Part shown: piece after piece, positions 58,991 to 64,000 of the stretch
Numbering within the stretch: position 1 is the stretch's first letter
How the letters are laid out: each line of letters opens with the position of its first letter
Source: Sedimentisphaeraceae bacterium JB056
GTDB taxonomy: Bacteria; Planctomycetota; Phycisphaerae; Sedimentisphaerales; Sedimentisphaeraceae
DNA length: 64,000 bases
Direction: 5' to 3'
Assembly (NCBI GenBank): GCA_044440125.1
Contig: JBITAJ010000006.1
Span: 1-64,000 of the forward strand
Notes under the pieces: generated by a model
Seen by the model: the letters and a program-made list of their open reading frames with translations, nothing else
What the model was told of the DNA's origin: nothing
Database searches by the model: none
Translations under genes and position numbers: made by a program

Positions 58991-59011
58991 TGTATTTCAG
59001 TCTTACAAGAA

Positions 59012-61357
59012 TCAATTACTGATCTGTCCGCTTCTTGCTCCCTCAATCTCTGCAAGTTTTCTTACAAGCTCCTCTTCATCAGACTGATACATCCAGTTCA
59101 GTACATTATTGAAATCATCGCCCTGAGGCAATTTTGATAAGCTGTAAAGAGAGATTAGTCTTATTGGCCATTTAGGATCCTGAAGTGCGGCTGAATATCT
59201 TGCGTTTGCATCAAAAGCAGTACCGGCATTTCTAAGGACATCAAGCATCAGGAATTTTACCTGCCAGTTATCTTCCTCGAATGTGATCTTGAAAGCTTCT
59301 TCAAGCATTTCTACTGGTATGGCTTTATGCCTGTATAATACGCCGTATTTCTCAGCGGCCTTTTGTTCGGCAATAAGTCCACTTATCAACTTGATTGTAT
59401 TGAGTTTTTGCCCCGATTGCCCAGTTCTGAGATTTTCTATTTTCTTTTCGATAAGGTTTTTAGTAAGTATAACCCCCACTCTCTTACCTGATGTAAGTGC
59501 CATTGGGATCTTACTGCTGATTTGACCTTGGTAGTCTGTCTCTGGGTCGAAATACGCCTGGAAAGTCAGATTCAGATTTGCCTGAGGGAAGTCTCTCAGT
59601 ATTTTGCTGAGTCTTGTTGCTTCAGTATTGAGATTTATCGGTATGCACAGCGTGCCGTCAGGTTTGATTGGTGATACCGGCGTAACTCTCTTGCGTATTT
59701 CAACCGGCTCAATGCCTTCTATGTCACCCGCAATTCCTACTTTTATGTAGATTTCACCGCGGAAGAAAGAATTGTCAGTTATGACAAGCGGCTGTTTACC
59801 GTTGTTGCTTATTACTACATAAAGGCCGAGGTCCGAGCCGTAGCCGAATTCAACACCGCTTAGGCTTACCTTAGTGGTGATAACGTCTTCGGGTTTATAA
59901 AACTCAGGGACGGCTGAATCCAAAAAGTTGCTTTTCAATAATTGTTTAAGAGCGTATGGGTCGTTTTCCGGTATGTATTCAGAGCCGGCGGCATTGAGTC
60001 TGTCGTGTGCCATTTCTGCTACAAAAGATCCCGGTTCCATCGATATTATTTGTCTTAAAGTATTAAGATATGCGGCAACATCGGACTTCTCGAATTGAAC
60101 AAGAGCATATGTGTAAGCTGCTATCTGGTTGTAGTCCTTCATTACCTCAACCATTTCTTCGGCGGTATTTATATCGCCTGATTGAAGCAGTGTATATGCG
60201 TATAGTGATTTTATGTCTATGGAATCGCTGTTTTTCGCATAGGCTCTTTTAGCCATATCCGCAGCCATTCGTTTATCGGGGTTCATGAATGCATAGAAAT
60301 AGGTAAGCCCCTGTTCGTTTACACCCGGATGACCTGTTGAAAGCATCTGCATTGCAGTGCTTGAGAGAGTTTCGAGTCTTGTCTTGCGCTGTGAGGCTGA
60401 CAATGGCTCAGACATTATTGAGATGTACTCTACTGCCAGGTTGAAGCTTCCTTGTGCCCTGATTTTATTTACAATCTTAAGGGTATTAGCTTCTCCATAT
60501 TCAACGTTATAAGCACTCATTATCCAGGGCAGATAAACTCTCTCGGGTATCGGCTGGTCAGGATTCTGGTATTTATAGACATCCGACGCATACTTGTATG
60601 TCCCTCTTGCTGTTTCGAACAAGCCGTACTGATACGCATAGTCGGCGTAGTCGAGGGCCAGTTCAAGACTGTAGGGATTCAGCGTGATCTTACGCCTTAA
60701 ATACGGAGCCATCAGAGGTACTGTGACAAAATCTGGGGAGACTTCACCAAGTTTCTCAAATGCAACTACATTATAGGCATTATTATTATAAGCATCCAGG
60801 AAGTGTTTTGCCGCCGAATTGAAATCAGCTGTCTCAGCTGCCAGAATTCCAAGATAAGTATCAATTTGGGAAGCGAACTGCTCATTGCTTGAGCCAAGGT
60901 CTTGTGAAAGCGACTTAAGTATCGCTTCACGCTGCTCGCGGTTATTGACTTTTGACAATAGATATGTTACAGCCTGCATTGCCAATTCGGCATCAGATGT
61001 CGCACTTACATATTTATACAGTTGTCCGCGAACGAACTTTGAATAGTCGACCCTTGAATCGATAGACGCTGCCTGTAATATTTGCGGCAGCATGGTATTG
61101 ATCGATTTATCGAGTTTTTCAGCAGCTCTGAGTATATTGACAGCCTCTTTTGCCTCCTGTATGGAAACGTCATCAGGTTCAAGTATTTCGCAAGCCAGAT
61201 TGTAAAGAGTCTCGGCAGATTGAGGTGAATAAAGTCCAATTTTATTCTTTTCCTCAAGCACGCTGGAAAATGAAGAGTCCGCAATACGATCTTCCGCGGC
61301 AAACAACACGCAGCTAAACAGAGAAATTGTCGCGATAACAGCTATTTTTTTTAACAT
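59012..61357 (-). CDS. Exported hypothetical protein with TPR- and HEAT-like helical repeats
   Basis: Signal MLKKIAVIATISLFSCVLFA, TPR-like segments, HEAT-like C-terminus (LQDPKWPIRLISLYSL). Confidence 0.65.
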   Translation of the reverse strand: MLKKIAVIATISLFSCVLFAAEDRIADSSFSSVLEEKNKIGLYSPQSAETLYNLACEILEPDDVSIQEAKEAVNILRAAEKLDKSINTMLPQILQAASIDSRVDYSKFVRGQLYKYVSATSDAELAMQAVTYLLSKVNNREQREAILKSLSQDLGSSNEQFASQIDTYLGILAAETADFNSAAKHFLDAYNNNAYNVVAFEKLGEVSPDFVTVPLMAPYLRRKITLNPYSLELALDYADYAYQYGLFETARGTYKYASDVYKYQNPDQPIPERVYLPWIMSAYNVEYGEANTLKIVNKIRAQGSFNLAVEYISIMSEPLSASQRKTRLETLSSTAMQMLSTGHPGVNEQGLTYFYAFMNPDKRMAADMAKRAYAKNSDSIDIKSLYAYTLLQSGDINTAEEMVEVMKDYNQIAAYTYALVQFEKSDVAAYLNTLRQIISMEPGSFVAEMAHDRLNAAGSEYIPENDPYALKQLLKSNFLDSAVPEFYKPEDVITTKVSLSGVEFGYGSDLGLYVVISNNGKQPLVITDNSFFRGEIYIKVGIAGDIEGIEPVEIRKRVTPVSPIKPDGTLCIPINLNTEATRLSKILRDFPQANLNLTFQAYFDPETDYQGQISSKIPMALTSGKRVGVILTKNLIEKKIENLRTGQSGQKLNTIKLISGLIAEQKAAEKYGVLYRHKAIPVEMLEEAFKITFEEDNWQVKFLMLDVLRNAGTAFDANARYSAALQDPKWPIRLISLYSLSKLPQGDDFNNVLNWMYQSDEEELVRKLAEIEGARSGQISN

Positions 61358-61510
61358 AATTTTATAAGATCCCGCCTTAATAAAACTAAAATAAGCATAA
61401 TTTAAGTCCAGATATGCTCTGGAGTGTGGCATTATACTATATTACCCTATATGTAGTCAAATGTTTTCAGAAAAGGTAAATCTTCGTTTTTGAAGTCGTA
61501 ATAACCGTAC

Positions 61511-61539
61511 TTGCTTTGTATGTTAATTTTCTGTATAAT
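61511..61539 (+). promoter_or_regulatory. Promoter for leuD, the four-helix-bundle gene and leuB
   Basis: TTGCTT, 17 nt, TATAAT. Confidence 0.65.
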
Positions 61540-61599
61540 GTGCGGGTTTTGGTGAATTTAATGTTGTAAATTTAATAGTGTAATATATTAAAAGGAAAT

Positions 61600-62079
61600 A
61601 TGATGGCAACAGCACATACTTATAAACGTGACCACATCAATACCGATGAGATAATACCTGCAAGGTATCTCAATAGTGATACGCCTGAAGAGCTTGCTCC
61701 TCATTGTATGGAAGATCTTGATACAGGTTTTATGTCTAAGGCTAAGGCTGGAGATGTGATCGTAGGCGGTAAGGATTTTGGCTGTGGTTCAAGCCGTGAA
61801 CACGCCGTTTGGGCAATACAGGGCGCAAAGCTTGGCGCGGTTATAGCCGAGTCTTTCGCAAGAATATTTTATCGCAACTGCATCAATTGCGGATTCTATG
61901 CGATTGAACTCCCTGATGCGCCGAATCTTATTGCAGATGGCGATGAGATAGAGATTGATTACAAAAGCGGTAAGATAGAAAACAAAACACAGAGCAAGAC
62001 GATTGATTTTAAGCCGCTGCCTGATTTTGCACTTGAAATAATTGATGACGGCGGTTTGCTTAATCATATTACGAAGTAA
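61600..62079 (+). CDS. leuD: 3-isopropylmalate dehydratase small subunit (short LeuD/HacB type)
   Basis: [36 protein letters not shown]. Confidence 0.9.
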   Translation: MMATAHTYKRDHINTDEIIPARYLNSDTPEELAPHCMEDLDTGFMSKAKAGDVIVGGKDFGCGSSREHAVWAIQGAKLGAVIAESFARIFYRNCINCGFYAIELPDAPNLIADGDEIEIDYKSGKIENKTQSKTIDFKPLPDFALEIIDDGGLLNHITK

Positions 62080-62083
62080 GAAG

Positions 62084-62105
62084 AGTTCGCAGTTCGTAGT
62101 TAGTA
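62084..62105 (+). repeat. Left heptamer arm of the cassette
   Basis: AGTTCGC-AGTTCGT-AGTTAGT-A; complementary to 62528-62549 at 21/22 nt. Confidence 0.9.
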
Positions 62106-62110
62106 ACAAG

Positions 62111-62482
62111 ATGAATAGCTATCAAACATACAGAGATTTACTTGTTTGGCAAAGAGCAAAAGATATGGTGAAAGAAATCTATCTTATCACTAACTCATTT
62201 CCAGAGGAAGAAAAATTTGGACTTAAAAACCAAGTAAGGCGAGCGGCTGTTTCAGTACCAAGTAATATTGCGGAAGGCTATGGAAGAAGGACTGATTGTG
62301 ATTTTGTGAGATTTTTGAGAATGGCAAGCGGGTCTTTGTATGAAATGCAAACTCAAATAATAATTGCAAATGAACTTGGGTATATAGAGGATACTATTTT
62401 TTCAAAAGTATTTCAGGATACAGAGGAAATAGTTAAAATGCTTAGAAGTTTAATAAAAACAATAAATGAAAAAAATAGTTGA
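62111..62482 (+). CDS. Four-helix-bundle protein (23S rRNA intervening-sequence protein family)
   Basis: YRDLLVWQRA...IY..T..FPEEEKFGL..Q.RRAAVSVPSNIAEGYGR....F.RFL..A.GSL.E..TQ..IA..LGY; 123 aa from ATG 62111. Confidence 0.93.
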   Translation: MNSYQTYRDLLVWQRAKDMVKEIYLITNSFPEEEKFGLKNQVRRAAVSVPSNIAEGYGRRTDCDFVRFLRMASGSLYEMQTQIIIANELGYIEDTIFSKVFQDTEEIVKMLRSLIKTINEKNS

Positions 62483-62506
62483 TGCAGTTTGCTATTTGGG
62501 GTTTAC

Positions 62507-62560
62507 ATGTGGCTTTGCCGCATTTTCTACGAACTACGAACTGCGAACTAAATAACTAAC
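62507..62560 (+). repeat. Hairpin plus right heptamer arm of the cassette
   Basis: ATGTGGC-TTT-GCCGCAT hairpin, then CTACGAA-CTACGAA-CTGCGAA-CTAAATAA-CTAAC. Confidence 0.88.
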
Positions 62561-62579
62561 ATTAAGAGGATAATATATA

Positions 62580-63665
62580 ATGAATGAATATAAGATAGCA
62601 ACGATTCCAGGTGATGGTACCGGCCCGGAAGTTATAGGCGAGGCTGTTAAGGTTTTGGCCGCCGCAGAGAAAAAGTTTGGTTTTAAGCTTAATATCACAG
62701 AATACGATCTGGGTGGAACACGATATCTCAAAACTGGCGAGACTCTTTCAGATGAGACTCTTGACGAGCTTCGCGGTTATGATTCTATACTCCTTGGAGC
62801 TATCGGACATACTGATATCAAACCTGGAATTCTCGAAAAGGGTGTGCTTTTGAAAGCCCGTTTTGGTCTTGATCAATACATAAACCTACGTCCAGTAAGG
62901 CTTTATCCAGGTGTGGAAAGCCCACTCAAAGGCAAAGGTCCTGATGAGATTGACTATGTAGTTATTCGTGAAAACACAGGTGGTGACTATACAGGCGTAG
63001 GCGGAACCATTATGGAAGGCACTGCTCAGGAAGTTGCGACTCAGTGCAATACGTATACCCGTTTTCAGGTGGAACGCTGCCTGAGATATGCTTTCGAGTA
63101 TGCCCGCAAGAATGGTAAAAAGGCACGTGGTAAAGGTGAGAATAATACTCTTGCACTTATCGGCAAAACCAACGTGTTGACATATGTTTACGGCCTGTGG
63201 GACAGGGCGTTCAATGAGATTGGCGATGCGGAATACCCGGATGTAAAACGCGAGTATTATCATGTTGACGCGGCATGTATATATATGGTTCAGTGCCCTG
63301 AGATATTTGACGTTATGGTTACCGGAAATATGTTTGGTGATATCATAACCGACCTTGGTGCTATTACACAGGGTGGTCTTGGTATTGCTGCCGGTGGTAA
63401 CATTAATCCTGAAGGTGTAAGCATGTTCGAGCCTATCGGTGGAACCGCACCTTCATTCACAGGTCTAAATCAGATCAATCCGCTTGCGGCTATATGCTCC
63501 GGTGCGATGCTGCTTGACACTCTCGGAGAGAATGAGGCGGCCGCAAAGATAGAAGCTTCTGTACGCTGGGCAACTGCTAATAAGCTTGAAAGCATGGTAG
63601 CAGCGAAGATGGGTTATTCTACTACCGAAGTTGGCGATATGATTGCTGAAAAGGTAGCGGAATAA
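62580..63665 (+). CDS. leuB: 3-isopropylmalate dehydrogenase
   Basis: [47 protein letters not shown]; lies after leuD. Confidence 0.88.
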   Translation: MNEYKIATIPGDGTGPEVIGEAVKVLAAAEKKFGFKLNITEYDLGGTRYLKTGETLSDETLDELRGYDSILLGAIGHTDIKPGILEKGVLLKARFGLDQYINLRPVRLYPGVESPLKGKGPDEIDYVVIRENTGGDYTGVGGTIMEGTAQEVATQCNTYTRFQVERCLRYAFEYARKNGKKARGKGENNTLALIGKTNVLTYVYGLWDRAFNEIGDAEYPDVKREYYHVDAACIYMVQCPEIFDVMVTGNMFGDIITDLGAITQGGLGIAAGGNINPEGVSMFEPIGGTAPSFTGLNQINPLAAICSGAMLLDTLGENEAAAKIEASVRWATANKLESMVAAKMGYSTTEVGDMIAEKVAE

Positions 63666-63706
63666 ACGGGAATCGAAAATTTATAACTGATAATGGAGGA
63701 TTAATC

Positions 63707-64000
63707 ATGGCAGACGAAGAAAAAAAAATAATTGTAGATGACGATTGGAAACAGCAGGCTAAAGCTGAAAAGGATAAACTTTCAGAAGAAGCCAAGAAAG
63801 AGAAGGAAGGCAAGGAAGAGGCTGCTGACCAGCAGAAACGAAAATTCCCTGCCGGCAATTTTGCTTCACTTGTAAGTATGCTTACAACTCAGGTGCTTTT
63901 TGCTCTTGGTGTTGTTGTTCCCAAGGGAATGGAAGAGCAGAAGAATCCGGAACCGGATTTTGAGCTTGCCAAGTATAATATCGATATCCTCACCGATCTC
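63707..64000 (+). CDS. DUF1844-like protein (partial, runs off the window)
   Basis: Manual translation from ATG 63707 after GGAGG: MADEEKKIIVDDDWKQQAKAEK...FASLVSMLTTQVLFALG...DFELAKYNIDILTDL. Confidence 0.75.
   Translation, partial: MADEEKKIIVDDDWKQQAKAEKDKLSEEAKKEKEGKEEAADQQKRKFPAGNFASLVSMLTTQVLFALGVVVPKGMEEQKNPEPDFELAKYNIDILTDL

Noticed and set aside
62111..62482. Diversity-generating retroelement, since the four-helix bundle resembles Avd
   Set aside because: No reverse transcriptase and no template/variable repeat pair with adenine-specific differences in the window.
1..64000. tRNA, rRNA or prophage genes
   Set aside because: No cloverleaf, rRNA-like tract or phage structural/integrase gene was recognised by eye; tRNAscan/Infernal would be needed to exclude small RNAs.

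Overview
Bacterial chromosomal window, probably Planctomycetota (Phycisphaerae/Sedimentisphaerales-like). That placement is inferred from a GLUG/dockerin-like surface protein, a DUF1844-like protein, an ASPIC/UnbV protein and the glycoside hydrolase load. Housekeeping genes include recA, a stand-alone fusA, dusB, a TPP-riboswitch-controlled thiS-thiG-thiH(-aspA) operon, rluD-like, DAHP synthase-hisA-rsgA, pepP, rpsB-tsf and leuD-leuB. Also present are sugar genes (bifunctional fucokinase/GDP-fucose pyrophosphorylase, GH78, GH38, two Gfo/Idh/MocA, an IolE-like enzyme, AraC), a TRAP transporter with a USP, a 2278-aa hybrid kinase, a B12-binding-domain/histidine-kinase pair, a 14-repeat surface protein, an IS66 fragment and a REP-associated tyrosine transposase. 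The most striking structure not explained by these genes is a family of short periodic (7-10 nt) intergenic repeats. One pair forms a 21/22-bp inverted repeat enclosing a four-helix-bundle ('23S IVS protein' family) gene between leuD and leuB. A gene-less relative sharing a 20/21-nt core lies in the recA leader. I found no rRNA, tRNA or CRISPR array. All family calls come from motif recognition, not database searches.
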